This document shows positions 13,198-24,928 of a DNA stretch of 64,000 nucleotides, one piece after another (within the stretch, counting starts at the first letter, position 1; each line of letters begins with the position of its first letter). The notes under the pieces were generated by a model. That model did not search any database and was not told the DNA's origin. It worked only from the letters and a program-made list of their open reading frames with translations. A program made the translations under genes and the position numbers. Source of the DNA: Heterodontus francisci (lineage: Eukaryota); contig NC_090381.1 in the NCBI RefSeq assembly GCF_036365525.1, positions 65,434,950 to 65,498,949 of the forward strand. The letters are read 5' to 3'.

Positions 13198-13538
13198 ATT
13201 TAGATTTAGAGATACAGCACTGAAACAGGCCCTTCGGCCCACCGAGTCTGTGCCGACCATTAACCACCCATTTATACTAATCCTACACTAATCCCATATT
13301 CCTACCACATCCTCACCTGTCCCTATATTCCCCTACCAGCTACCTATACTAGGGGAAATTTATATTGGCCAATTTACCTATCAACCTGCAAGTCTTTTGG
13401 CTGTGGGAGGAAACCGGAGCACCCGGAGGAAACCCACGCAGACACAGGGAGAACTTGCAAACTCCACACAAGCAGTACCCAGAATTGAACCCGAGTCGCT
13501 GGAGCTGTGAGGCTGCGGTGCTAACCACTGTGCCGCCC
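13198..13538 (-). mobile_element. HE1-like V-SINE with 8-bp target-site duplication
   Basis: Same SINE family; flanked by CATTTTAG at 13190-13197 and 13539-13546. Confidence 0.9.
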
Positions 13539-14239
13539 CATTTTAGTAAATCATTTTTGATAACTTGTTGATTAAAACTTAAATTTTTGCCCTAGGTGAT
13601 CACAAGTTTTCACAAGTATGTCACTGGTCAGCATGGGTAATCTTGTACACTTTTTGTAAAGACTTTTTAGTTCTCCATTACATATCAAATAACCCAAATC
13701 TTGATTGCTTTAGATAACTTAACAATTTAAAATATAGCTGACTGAATTAAATCGCTACCAAAGCATTAGTGTGTTGGAAGAAACCTACTGAGAAAGTGTC
13801 CTCAAAAGCACGATCTCTGTGGTACACTTTGATCTGGTGCACTGTTATTAACTGTCAGTGGCTCAGAAGAATTGTAGGCAGTATTTTGTGTGGGATTACT
13901 GAATTGTTCTGCTTTTACTGGCTGTTGAAGTCAAGGATGTCACTGAGGGGTTCTTCTGAAGAATGTATTAATGGATTTTTTTTTTAAATAAGGTACAGGT
14001 TTTGACTTGAGGGTTTTTGAAGACAGTGGTGTGGTGGTGAGTATGGTGATGGGTGTGGGGGGGGGGAGGTGTATTAGTTTATATTCTAAAAATTATAATT
14101 TTGAATGGCCCCCAGAGTTTCTTTACCACTGGGTAAATTGAGTTCAAATTATCTCATAGATGGTATGATGCAGTGCAAAATGTGTTGCGTTTTTTTTTTA
14201 CAGAAGAGCAAACAAACATAAATTTTAACTATTTTGCAG

Positions 14240-15199
14240 ACTACAGGCTCCAGAAGGTCATATAAGGCAAAGTCTTCTGATGGATATCATAAGGGAACTT
14301 CGGAGGTACAGATGGCAGATTTCCTGTCGCAACCTGATTCAGTTGATGAAGTATTAAGCCAGTCAACTGAGCAAACTAAAATCACAAATTTACAGTCTAC
14401 ATTAACTACAGAGACACTTAATACAGGGAGACTAGCTCAACTAGCAGCAGCAGCAGTCCTGAATTTAGCAGAATTTTCTCAGGTTTTGGAAGTTCCTGTA
14501 AAACCAGAAGCAGAGTCTTCAGAAGTCCCCACACTATTTAAATGCAGTTCACAAACTCATACATGCACAACAGATGCAAAGATGAAATCAGTTTCAAGCA
14601 AGTTAATAACAGTTCATTCAGAGGAAAAATCTCAAGATTCAGCTGCAGTTCCATGTTCAGATGCCCTCCATTGGACAGCCAATGTATTATCGAGACCTAA
14701 AGTACTATCGGATACATCCACTGTGCTTGTGGGCTCAGTGGATGTATCTGCAGTGTCCACTAGTGTTCCCTGTTTATTTACAACATTTACAGATCTAACA
14801 TCTGAGCGAGTAACAACATCAGAAGAAACAACTTGGATATCTACAGAAGTGCTTATCCCAGAAACAGAGATCACACAACCATCCACTCCAGTCTTTGCTT
14901 TTGAAGAACTGCAGTGTTCCTCTGAGACTATGCTTTCTTCTTCTGATGATCAAGATGTGTCAGGAATGACATTTTTTCAGGATCACAGTTACTTTATGAG
15001 TCCTTGCCCAGATACCATCAGGAGAACTCTAGAAAAGAAACTTGCATGGGAAAGAAAGAAGAATGAAGAGCATAAGCAAAAATTCAGAGTACTCCAACAA
15101 AAACTGAGAAGAAAAGAGCAGAAAATTGACAATCTCACCAAACTCATCAACCAGCTGAGAGAAAGTAAGACTGACCGTCTGTGGAACAGTAATGTATAG
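14240..15199 (+). CDS. THAP-domain protein, terminal exon 3 (Ser/Thr-rich linker, DHSY HCF-1-binding motif, coiled coil)
   Basis: TTTTGCAG|ACT acceptor in phase 0 opens a 319-codon ORF. DHSY lies at 14981-14992, followed by a K/R/E/L-rich heptad region (LEKKLAWERKK...LQQKLRRKEQKIDNLTKLINQLRE), the standard THAP+HBM+coiled-coil layout. Total about 405 aa. Confidence 0.85.
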   Translation, partial: TTGSRRSYKAKSSDGYHKGTSEVQMADFLSQPDSVDEVLSQSTEQTKITNLQSTLTTETLNTGRLAQLAAAAVLNLAEFSQVLEVPVKPEAESSEVPTLFKCSSQTHTCTTDAKMKSVSSKLITVHSEEKSQDSAAVPCSDALHWTANVLSRPKVLSDTSTVLVGSVDVSAVSTSVPCLFTTFTDLTSERVTTSEETTWISTEVLIPETEITQPSTPVFAFEELQCSSETMLSSSDDQDVSGMTFFQDHSYFMSPCPDTIRRTLEKKLAWERKKNEEHKQKFRVLQQKLRRKEQKIDNLTKLINQLRESKTDRLWNSNV

Positions 15200-15200
15200 T

Positions 15201-15206
15201 AATAAA
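15201..15206 (+). terminator. Candidate proximal polyadenylation signal AATAAA of the THAP gene
   Basis: AATAAA immediately after the stop codon. Confidence 0.35.
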
Positions 15207-15657
15207 AAGGGTGAAGCTATTTGTATATGTTGTCCAATTGCAGAATCTGAAAGTACAGTTTTTTGAACAGCAAAAATAGGTGACATTTTCATTCATTTTT
15301 AACTCTTAACTGAAATGTATAGTCAATTCATCATTCATTCATGCTAAATCACATTGGCTTCTGTTGAAGTTGGGCTTGGTGTATTTATAGTGCAATAGTT
15401 GTTTGCTGAAAAAGGATATTAAAAATATAGCATAAATGTGCAAGTAGGGCTTGACCGTACTTCAACACATCTCTCAAGACACTTCACATTACTCTAGTGA
15501 ATCATGTAACCTGGTTTTGAAAAATGCTTAGGGGGGTGGGGAGGATAGGTGTGTGGTCTGTTGTATATTGAAATGAATGTGTTCTATTCCTCAAACTTTT
15601 TGAACTTGCCTGTAGTGTATTTATATGTTGAAAGTGCAGACACTCTCACCTATGTTC

Positions 15658-15663
15658 AATAAA
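15658..15663 (+). terminator. Candidate distal polyadenylation signal AATAAA of the THAP gene
   Basis: AATAAA at the end of an AT-rich, 3'UTR-like stretch with TGTA/TATTTAT motifs. Confidence 0.45.
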
Positions 15664-15739
15664 ATTCTAAATTTTAGCTGCTGGGAACAGAATTTTGCAC
15701 GCCTGCAAAATTCTAAGACGCATAGCATATCAGGCAGTA

Positions 15740-15829
15740 TCACTGACCCGAAACGTTAACTCTGCTTCTCTTTGCACAGATGCTGCCAGACCTGCTGAGT
15801 GGTTCCAGCATTTCTTGTTTTTATTTCAG
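15740..15829 (+). mobile_element. Penelope-like terminal-repeat fragment
   Basis: TCACTGACCCGAAACGTTAACTCTGCTTCTC...CAGATGCTGCCAGACCTGCTGAGTGGTTCCAGCATTTC; nearly the reverse complement of 35680-35765. Confidence 0.75.
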
Positions 15830-17855
15830 CAAGGTATTGTTTGGCTGGAAACAATTCTGCAGCTACTGGTCGCAGATGGATTGATGGCTACAGTATAAAT
15901 TCACCACTGGTGTCTTGATAGATTAGTGGACTCTCAGTTATTTCCGTAGCCAACAATGTTGACATTGGTTGGTAGTGTTTTTACCCCAATGTCAAAAAAG
16001 AAAATCTTTGCAGATATAAGTAACTTGTTCACAACCTTCAGTAAATCAGAAATAAATACCAGTCCTTATAACAGTATATTCTTGCTGATAGTCTCGATGA
16101 GTTTGTGATAACTGTTTGCTTCTGAAGAAACACTTTCAAGTTCTACCTGCTTTGAGGTTAAGAGTATAAGCATTTTCAAAAAAGTCTGTTTGGCTCAACA
16201 AGCTTGTCCCTTTTTCACATATCTACCCCAGTCCTTCTCTGGAAATGTATTTAATCTATTTACCTTGTTTACTTCAGTGGCCTTCCCTGCTAACTCCTTT
16301 TACATTTTGCGCAACTTGCTAATTTTTAATGTGCCCCTGGTTTGTGAATCCTTCACTATAACGACCAATTTGCATGGATCTGTTTTTGTCAGTTCCCTTT
16401 AATAATCGTGAACTTGTGTTCAGTCACTTTCAAGTGCCTCTTCCAAAGAAAATAAGTCCCAACTTTTTAACCTTTCCTTTAACAGTTAAATTTATGATGG
16501 TCAGCCTTCATTACTCACCTCTGCAACTCTTCAAGAATGTTAATACCCTATTAAGTGAAAAGATTAATCAGATCCCATCCAGAATATTGTGTAATCATTC
16601 CGTTGTGCTTTTATGTTTTAAAAAGTCCCAATGCAATATGAAAAACAGGACATTCAGTTATTCAGGTTATCTTAATGAATGGGGAAAACTGAGGACAATA
16701 AATATGTGCTGTTCAAACTTATTTGGTAGCCACATTTTCTACTAAGAAGCTACAAGAGGTCAGTTACCCACACTTCTCTTGCTCAGCACGTTTTCTTCAG
16801 CTTTTTCATTTGATGCTCAACACTAAAACCCAATTTTATCTTTTGACCCATAAACAATAGCAAAGCAAGTACATTAATAAAATGGAAAATAAATGCTCAA
16901 GGTAAGATATGGTCCCATTGAAGAAGATCCGGGCTAAACTATTGCATTCGACAGCAACAACTTTAATTTATATAGTGGCTTTAATGTAATAAGTCCCGAT
17001 GGAGGATACTCTAGTGCTATACTGTACCAGCCATTCTTGCCTGAAGGTTATGATGTATTCAACACAACTATCCATGTAGGCAGTAACTTGATGTGCATAA
17101 TTAAAATTGATGAGTTTAAATCAGAACGAAATACCATTATAAAAACTAGCCACTAGAGCTGCTGCAACAAATTCAGCAGAAGAAATTGGGTCAAAGAAAC
17201 GGCCAACTCCATGAAATTGGATACTGCTGGCATAAACAGAAAATGGTGAATTCCTGTTACCTTCTAAGGGACAGTGGCTACAGTCACTCCTATTAAGTGC
17301 TCTGTGTATCATTCCTTTTACAGGAATTGACTCACACTGCCCTCTATCTTATTTGTGGGTTGGCATAACCCTCTTATGACCTGAATTGGATATTTGTGTT
17401 TTTTGCATATGTACTTCTTTGCTCTGAACATGGACTGAACCAACACACTCAGATGAGGCTAAATATAAATCATTAAGCTACTTTATTTAACAGTGAGGTG
17501 AACATACTGTACACCAGTTATGATTACAGTCACTTGATTCAATCCATATGATTTGTTTCCACGTAATAACTCAAAGTAAAGAATAGGCCAAGCCTTCCCA
17601 CACCAGTGGGTTGTCTCACTTAAACAGTGACATCCAGCATTTCTGACCTCTTAGTCTCCAAGAATGCCCTTTCAGCTTCTCTAAGTTTCTCTGTGCAGCG
17701 TCCTGTTTCAAAAGGCATCTCTACCAGCCTCCATATTCTATTTTCTATTCACAGCCAAAAAGGAGAATAAAGACTTTAATACAACACACAAGGCAAATAA
17801 TACATTGTTTATTACTTACAGGCTGAGGAAACGTCATCAAAGCTAGCTCATTAGC

Positions 17856-20800
17856 ATATGAACATAAGAATTAGGAGCAGGAGTGGGCCACTCGGCCCTT
17901 CAAGCCTGCTCCGCCATTCAATAAGTTCATGGCTAAACTGATTACTCCACATTTCCACCTACCACTGATAACCTCCCCCCCGCCCTTGCTCATCAAAAAT
18001 CTATATACCTCTGCCTTAAAAATATTCAAAGACTCTGCTTCCACCGCCTTTTGAGGAAGAGAATTCCAAAGACTCGCGACCCTCTGAGAGAAAAAATTTC
18101 TCCTCATCTCTGTCTTAAATGGGCGACCCTTTATTTTTAAACAGTGACCCCTAGTTCCAGATTCTCCCACAAGGGGGAACATTCTTTCCACATCCACTGT
18201 ATCAAGACCCCTCAGGATCATATATATTTCAATCAAGTTGCCTCTTCCTGTCCTAAATTCCAGCGGATACAAGCCTAGCCTGTCCAATCTTTCCTTGTAA
18301 GACAGCCCGCCCATTCCAGGTATTAGTCTAGTAAACCTCTTTACTGCCTCCAACACATTTACATCCTTCTTTAAGTAAGGAGACCATTACATAGTACTCC
18401 AGATGTGGTCTCACCCATGCCCTGTATAGCTGAAGCAAAACCTCCCTACTTTTGTATTAAATTCCCCTCACGATAAACGACAACATTCTATTAGCTTTCC
18501 TAATTATGTGCTGTATCTGCATACTAACCTTTTGCAATTCATGCACTAGGACACCCAGATCCTTCTGCATCTCAGAGCTCTGCAATCTCTCACCATTCTG
18601 ATAATATGCTTTTTTATTCTTCCTGCAAAGTGGACAATTTCCCACTTTCCCACATTATACTCCATTCGCCAGATCTTTGCCTACTCACTTAACCTATCTA
18701 TATCCCTTTGTAGCCCCCTTATGTCCTCTAATCTTTGTGTCAGCAAATTTAGCAACCATACCTTTGGTCCCTTCATCTAAGTCATTTATATAAATTGTAA
18801 AAAGTTGAGGCCCCAGCACAGATCCCTGTGGCACACCACTCGTTACATCTTGCCAACCAGAAAATGACCCATTTATGCCTACTCTGTTTCCTGTTAGCTA
18901 GCCAATTTTCTATCCATGCCAATGTTACCCCCTACAGCATGAGCTATTTTCTGTAATAACGTTTGATGTGGCACCTTATCAAATGTCTTATGGAAATCTA
19001 AGTACAATACATCCACCAGTTCCCCTTTATCGCAGCACATGAAACTCCCTCAAAGACCTCCAATAAATTGGTCAAACACGATTTCCCTTTCACAAAATCA
19101 TGTTGACTGCCTGATTATCTTAAATTTTTCTAAGTGCCCTGCTAAAACGTCTGTAATAATAGCCTCTAAATTTTCCCTGAGACAGATGTCTGGCCTGTAG
19201 GTTCCTGCTTTCTGTCTCCCTCCCTTTTTGAATAAAGGAGTCACATTTGCTATTTTCCAATCTAACGGAACCTTCCCTGAATCTAGGGAACTTTGGAAAA
19301 TTAAAACTACCGCATCATCTATCTCACTAGCCACTTCTTTTTAACACCCGAGGATGAAGTCCATCAGGACCTGGGGAGCTGTCAGCCCGCAGCTCCAACA
19401 ATTTGTTCAGTACCACTTTCCTGGTGATTGTAATTTTCTTGAGTTCCTCCCTCCCTTCCATCTCCTGACTTACAGCTAATACTGGGATGCTGCTTGTATC
19501 TTCAATAGTGAAGACCGATGCAAAATATCTGTTCAATTCATCTGCCATCTTATTATCCGTAATTAATTCCCCAGACTCACTTTTTATGGGACCAATGCTC
19601 GCTTTGTTAGCTTTTCTTTTTAAAATATCTATAGAAACTTTTACTATCTGTCTTTATATTTCTAGCTGGCTTTCTCTCGTACTCTAATTTTACCTTCCTT
19701 ATCAATCTTTTAGTCATACTTTGTTTTATATTCTGTCCAATCTTCTGAACTGCCTCCCATCTCTGCGCAATTATAGGCTTTTTCTTTAAGTTTGATACTA
19801 TCTTTAACTGTTTTAGTTAACCACGGATGGCGGGTCCCACCCTTGGAATTTTTCTTTCTCGTTGAAATGTATCTATTCTGTGTATTGTGAAATATCCCCT
19901 TAAATGTCTGCCACTGCATCTCTATTGACCTATCCCTTAACCTGATTTGCCAGTTCAGTTTAGCTGACCCACTCTTCTCTCCCTCAAACTGAATTTAAAA
20001 TTCAATCATATTATGATCGCTGCTACCTAGGGATGCCTTAACTATAAGGTCATTCATTAATCCTATCTCGTTGCACAATACCAGGTCTAGTATAGCCTGC
20101 TCTCTGGCTCCAGAACGTATTGTTCCAAGAAATTATCCTGAAAACATTCTATGTACTCCTCATCTAGGCTACCTCTGCTCATCTGATTTTTCCAGTCTAT
20201 ATGTAGGTTAAAATCCCCCATAATTATCACTGTACCTTTCTGACAAGCTGCCATTGTTTCTTCCTTTTATACCCCGTCCTACAGTGTGGTCAATGTTAGG
20301 TGGTCTGTACACCACTCCCACATGTGACTTCTTGCCTTTGATTTCTCATCTCTACCCAAACTGCTCTACATCCTGATCTCCTGAACCTAGGCCATCCCTC
20401 TGTATTGCGCTAATACCATCATTAATTAACAGAGCTACCCCTCCACCTTTTCCTAGCTTCCTGTCCTTCCTAAATGCCATGTACCCTTCAATATTCAGGT
20501 CACAATCTATGTCATCCTGCAGCCATGTCTCTAATGGCTATCAAATCGTATTTATTTATTTCTATTTGCACTCTCAGGTCATCTGTTTTGTTTTGAATGC
20601 TATGTGCATTCAGATAGAGAGTCTTTAGTTTTGTCCTTTATTATTTTCATTACCTCTTGCTTTATCTGTTGATTTACTCTTAGATTTGTATGCTCAGTTC
20701 CTTCCTGTCATGGTCTGTTTATCATTTCCCATATTAATACCTTTCTCTCTTGCCTTGTCTCTACTCCTTGATTTACCATATCTTCCCAAATTTGATCCCT
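17856..20800 (-). mobile_element. CR1 LINE, near-full-length ORF2, decayed
   Basis: Minus-strand pieces SPGPDGLHPRVLK, VPLDWKIANVTPLFKKG and RFTRLIPGMGGLSYKERLDRLGLYPLEFR; 3' tail near 17856; endonuclease N-terminus (LYLNAHSI) near 20600. Confidence 0.92.
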
Positions 20801-20980
20801 TGCATCTTCACTAGCTATTGCCTTAGCATTTTTTAAACTTGTCTCAATATGCAATCGTTATAACTTTTTTTTCAAAACCATTTTGTGGGAAAATAGCCAA
20901 ATAATCCCTAGACACAACAGTTCTCCCGTTAAATCTATTTAGTGGGTATCCAACATGTGTTCTTTCTGTACTTTTAGAGC

Positions 20981-21199
20981 ATGATGAACATGAACAAGGA
21001 GAGGAACTGGACCAAACACAACAATGTTACTGAAATGGAGAAGTTTCTGGAGATTGTGTGGGTGCGGGAGCAGATAGTTAGTGGTCTTGTGTCTGAAAAG
21101 ACAGATAACAGTGTGTATTTCGTTGACAAAGGAGATGCAAAGAAATATCTGCTCCACAATAAAGGAAAGTTGAAGCCTCTGTGGATTGACCTAATTCTA
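20981..21199 (+). pseudogene. NOP53: Intronless fragment of NOP53 (GLTSCR2/PICT1) N-terminus, probable processed pseudogene
   Basis: NKERNWTKHNNVTEMEKFLEIVWVREQIVSGLVSEKTDNSVYFVDKG...KPLWIDLILD aligns with human NKKRGW...[34 protein letters not shown]...KPLRVDLILE. Conserved Arg residues appear as W/Q (CpG decay). Confidence 0.75.
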
Positions 21200-23072
21200 G
21201 ATTACAATTTGAGCATGTTATTGGCAGCTCAGCAAAACAAAATCTCTGTTTTGATATTTAATTATTTTTACTTATATCTAGAATATTAGATAATAAATTT
21301 TAGTACAATGTCAAACAGTGGTGTTAATAGCTTTCTCTGACAGAAAGTAAGGAAGAGATATATAAAGTAATGATGCCTATTTCTGTGTTTGGGGATGTGT
21401 TCTGCCAGATTTTGTGAGCACAGAATAATGCAGGTCAGAGAAGCAGTTGTCACCAAGTTGTCCTGGGCAAATTCGCAGGTGCTGCACATCCTTTGGCCTA
21501 TTGCAATTAGGCAAACCTGGAAATACAGGTGTGTTTGGGTGCTTACAGAATGTTCACATTTTTTGCACATGTATAACAGGGTTTTTTTTTAATTACTTTT
21601 ATTAGGAAATAAAAGCTACAAGCAATTAAAGCAGTACAGAGAGAAGCTTGTCCCAGGGAACAAAATGTGTTGATATCAAAGAAGCCAGGTACTATATCGT
21701 GTGAAAGCTGTGAGAGCAGGAAAGAGTGGATGAGTTCAGGGAGAAAGCAAGCGTAGAAAAATAACAGAACTAATAAAGAGAAGCAGTTGTGGGAACCCTT
21801 AAGGAAATTGATAAGAAACAGCAATAGGCAAGAATTAGAGCAGAATAGCTCCAGGATCAAAGCAGGTTCCTATTAAAGCAGCTGGAGGACATGGCAAGAA
21901 ATCTCTGGGAGTGCCAAAGAGTGGGTAGGTTTAGGGAGGAAAACAGGCCCAGGAATATAGCATGAACTGGCAGGACAAACGGGAGTAGGTAGTGGGAAGC
22001 CTATTTTAAATTGTTCTGAACCTTTGACACCAACATCTCCCAAATTGAGTTTCTTCCCTTACGTCAGTCACCAAAATTAACCATACTTCTATCAACTGCT
22101 AAATTTAAGTTCTGTAGTGCTGCACCATAGAATAGCTCCACTGCTTGCCAGAAAAAAGTAGCAATCGGGTGATGAAAACTGGAACTAGAAAGTAACTGTG
22201 ATTCACAGCTTAATCCCCACTGAGCAGAAATTCTAAGATTGAATCACAAACCGGTATTCATTTCCACCCACTGAGCATAAAAATCACGATTGGACCAAAA
22301 TGCCCTATTGAAACTTTTTCCTTGACTTCGCCCAACCCCTTCACTCAATTAACAAAGAGAACACAAATTTCCCCTCCAGTACTGAACCCCAACTGGAGCA
22401 GAACTATCATCACCATATCCACAACACCATATTAGAATTTCTCCCACTGAGCACAGGTATTGTACAAACTTTTTCCGTGTTACATTTGGGCCCCATTAAT
22501 TCCTAAATGCGCTCACAGTTGTGGAGGGAGCACACAACCATCACAGCACCCGTACAGAGTACAAGTGTAGTAATTGCACTCTATCAGTCCCAGCTGAGCA
22601 ATACAGAGGAGCCAACTGTCCCTAAGTCAAGCAATGCCCCCTTCCACATTGACCATTGTTTTGGTAATCGGACCCCACATTCTTGATCTGAACAGATCTA
22701 TCTCCTTTCTGCAACCCCCCTCCCACCGCAACCCTGACACAGACCAGCCAAATAACCTTGCGCTTTGGGAACTGCAAACTAGCCTCCCTGTCAAAGCACA
22801 TTTCACCTACTCCGATATGGAGCCAAACTCTCCGTTGCGACCTGGTGAGGAGGGGTCGAAGGGCTCCCCTCTTTTCTCTCTCTTTATTTGACCACAACAG
22901 ATTTATTTCTTTTTTAAGTAGATATACTTGCTAATTCAGTGAGTGTTTATTTGTTTACACGCTGTGATCATAAAAAGAGCCAAGTGGACAGATTTTCCCA
23001 ATTTTAACAAAGAAAGAGGTTAACTTTATTGTACTTAAACCATTCTAAGTAAAATAATATACACTCCAATTT

Positions 23073-23091
23073 ACACACACACACACACACA
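23073..23091. repeat. (CA)n microsatellite
   Basis: ACACACACACACACACACA run seen directly. Confidence 0.9.
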
Positions 23092-23219
23092 TTGGTTACA
23101 GAATGGGTAACGATAGATTGATCAAATTAGAGTCCAGAGAAATAAAAGGAATATACAATCTGTGGGGGTTGGTGACTCGGCTGACTTCAGGCTGAAGTCA
23201 GTGGTTACGCGACTTTCAT

Positions 23220-23400
23220 TTTGAAGATGTGGATGCTGATGTGGAGGCTTCCAGTTTGAAGATGTGGATGCTGATTTGGTGGTTCTTTGGCTTCCAGTTT
23301 GAAGATGTGGGTGCTGATGTGGAGGCTTCCAGTTTGAAGATGTGGATGCTGATTTGGTGGTTCTTTGGCTTCTGGTTTGAAGAAGTGGATGCTGATTTGT
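23220..23400. repeat. Compound tandem repeat, 78-bp unit (35-bp + 43-bp subunits), about 2.3 copies
   Basis: TTTGAAGATGTGGATGCTGAT recurs five times, alternating with GTGGAGGCTTCCAG and TTGGTGGTTCTTTGGCTTCCAG. Confidence 0.9.
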
Positions 23401-23721
23401 TGATTTTCTGGGAGACAGCAATACCGCTGATTTCTTTCGAGAGAGGGATTTCTGTTCTTTCCAGAAAGTTCTCTCCCCACTCGCTGCCCCCATCAGGCTT
23501 AAGTCATTGATGTTCATTGTGCCTAATCGGTGAACAGACTAACACAATCAAACACAGATCAATTATACCCACTGAACGCTACAGTCTGCAATATGCCTCG
23601 GTGCTCACGGTTAGCAGGCAGAGTTCAAAGCTTGCAAGGATTGAGTAGTTCGATTCCACCAGTTTAATTATGTTTCCAGCCGGTGGATTAAAAAATCATC
23701 ATTTGACGTAGCACATTTTTG

Positions 23722-23990
23722 TGACATTTTCTTTGTCCATTCTCCTCATCTCCCCTCTCACTTCCTTTCTTCACCTCCCTATTATTTCCCATTCACCCTC
23801 TTTCCCTCATTCTCCAATTCGCCTTGCCTTCTCCCATATCCTCTCACCCTTTCCTCTCCCTAACTCCACCTTCCCTGCCCTTCTCCCCAATTCCTTCCCC
23901 TCCCTCCTTTTCTGCTTCAGCATCCCTCTGACCTCTGCTTTGCCTGTCTATCAACTCTCTTCCTCCTGCTTGCTCTGATTCAATTATTCT
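23722..23990. repeat. Low-complexity pyrimidine (C/T)-rich tract
   Basis: About 270 bp strongly C/T-biased on the plus strand. Confidence 0.75.
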
Positions 23991-24224
23991 CCATCCTGTA
24001 ACCCTGCTTGAGCGGAATACTGTACTTGTTCTTAACTCACCATTTGCAAGTCCACAGGAGTTAAACTGGTATAATATAAATAACCAACGTTTTTGTAAGG
24101 AATAACAAGTTGTTTATAACTTAAACATTTTTAAAGTCATAGGTAAACAGTATTACAGATATATATTAGTGAGGCCTGTATCTTTCAACATTAGTAAGAT
24201 ATTTTCTATCTTTTTTAAATTATT

Positions 24225-24495
24225 CAATCTCAGAATGTGGGTGTTGCTGGCAAGACTAGCATACATTGCCCATCACTAGTTGCCCTTCAGAAGATGGTGG
24301 TGTGCCTTCTTGAACCACTGCAGTTGTGTAGTAAAGGTGTTTACATAATAGTGTTAGGTGGGAAGTTCCATAATTTTGGCCCACTGACAAAGAAGGAATG
24401 GCAGTATATATCCAAATTAGGATGGTGTGTGACTTGAAGGTGGTGATGTTTCCATGCACATTCTGCCTTTGTCTTTCTGGTGGAGGTCGCAGGTT
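24225..24495 (-). mobile_element. 3' end of a divergent CR1-group LINE (same family as 46140-48580)
   Basis: Shares CCCTTxAGAAGxTGxTG, CTTGAACxxCTGCAGT and GATGGTGTGTGxCTTGxAG with 46175-46400. Confidence 0.7.
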
Positions 24496-24928
24496 TTACT
24501 TAGATCCACCAATATTTGTGCATAGGTTGCTTATTGTGCCATGGCGTTCTATACTACAGCAAGGTTTTCTGGGGTCAAGCTTTGTTACATTCAGAATTGT
24601 ACCACATTTAATTGTTTGGTGAACGTTATGATGTTTGAGACTTAATTATTAGACACAGGAATCCCATTCAAACTTTTGAGTCTTTTTTTGGAATTTGTTT
24701 TTGACTTCCTGGGTAATATTTTCCTGAATTTTCCTTGTATTTCATTCTGATTTGCATAAATTTAGTTATAAATAGATGTTGATATTCTACAGAATTTTAT
24801 TTCAGAATCAGAACAGAATCTATATCTGAAATAGGGGCGAAATTACATTTGCACGGTGTGATGCAATTATACTGTACCCTTCTATTCATAATTTGCTACA
24901 AAACTGTCTGTACTTGGTCTTGACTCTC

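Larger units (their letters stand above)
22835..23520 (-). mobile_element. Solo/partial LTR related to the Gypsy LTR at 27509-27751, inverted orientation
   Basis: Reverse complement contains GTACAATAAAGTTAACCTCTTT...GTTGTGGTCAAA...GAGCCCTTCGACCCCTCCTCACC, matching the LTR ends at 27550-27745 and 34085-34240. Confidence 0.75.

Noticed and set aside
23122-23517. Repetitive-peptide ORFs (QRTTKSASTSSNWKPPHQHPHLQ) and a superficially CRISPR-like repeat/spacer pattern
   Set aside because: By-product of a 78-bp tandem repeat inside an LTR. The 'spacers' are themselves repeated, there are no cas genes, and the context is eukaryotic.
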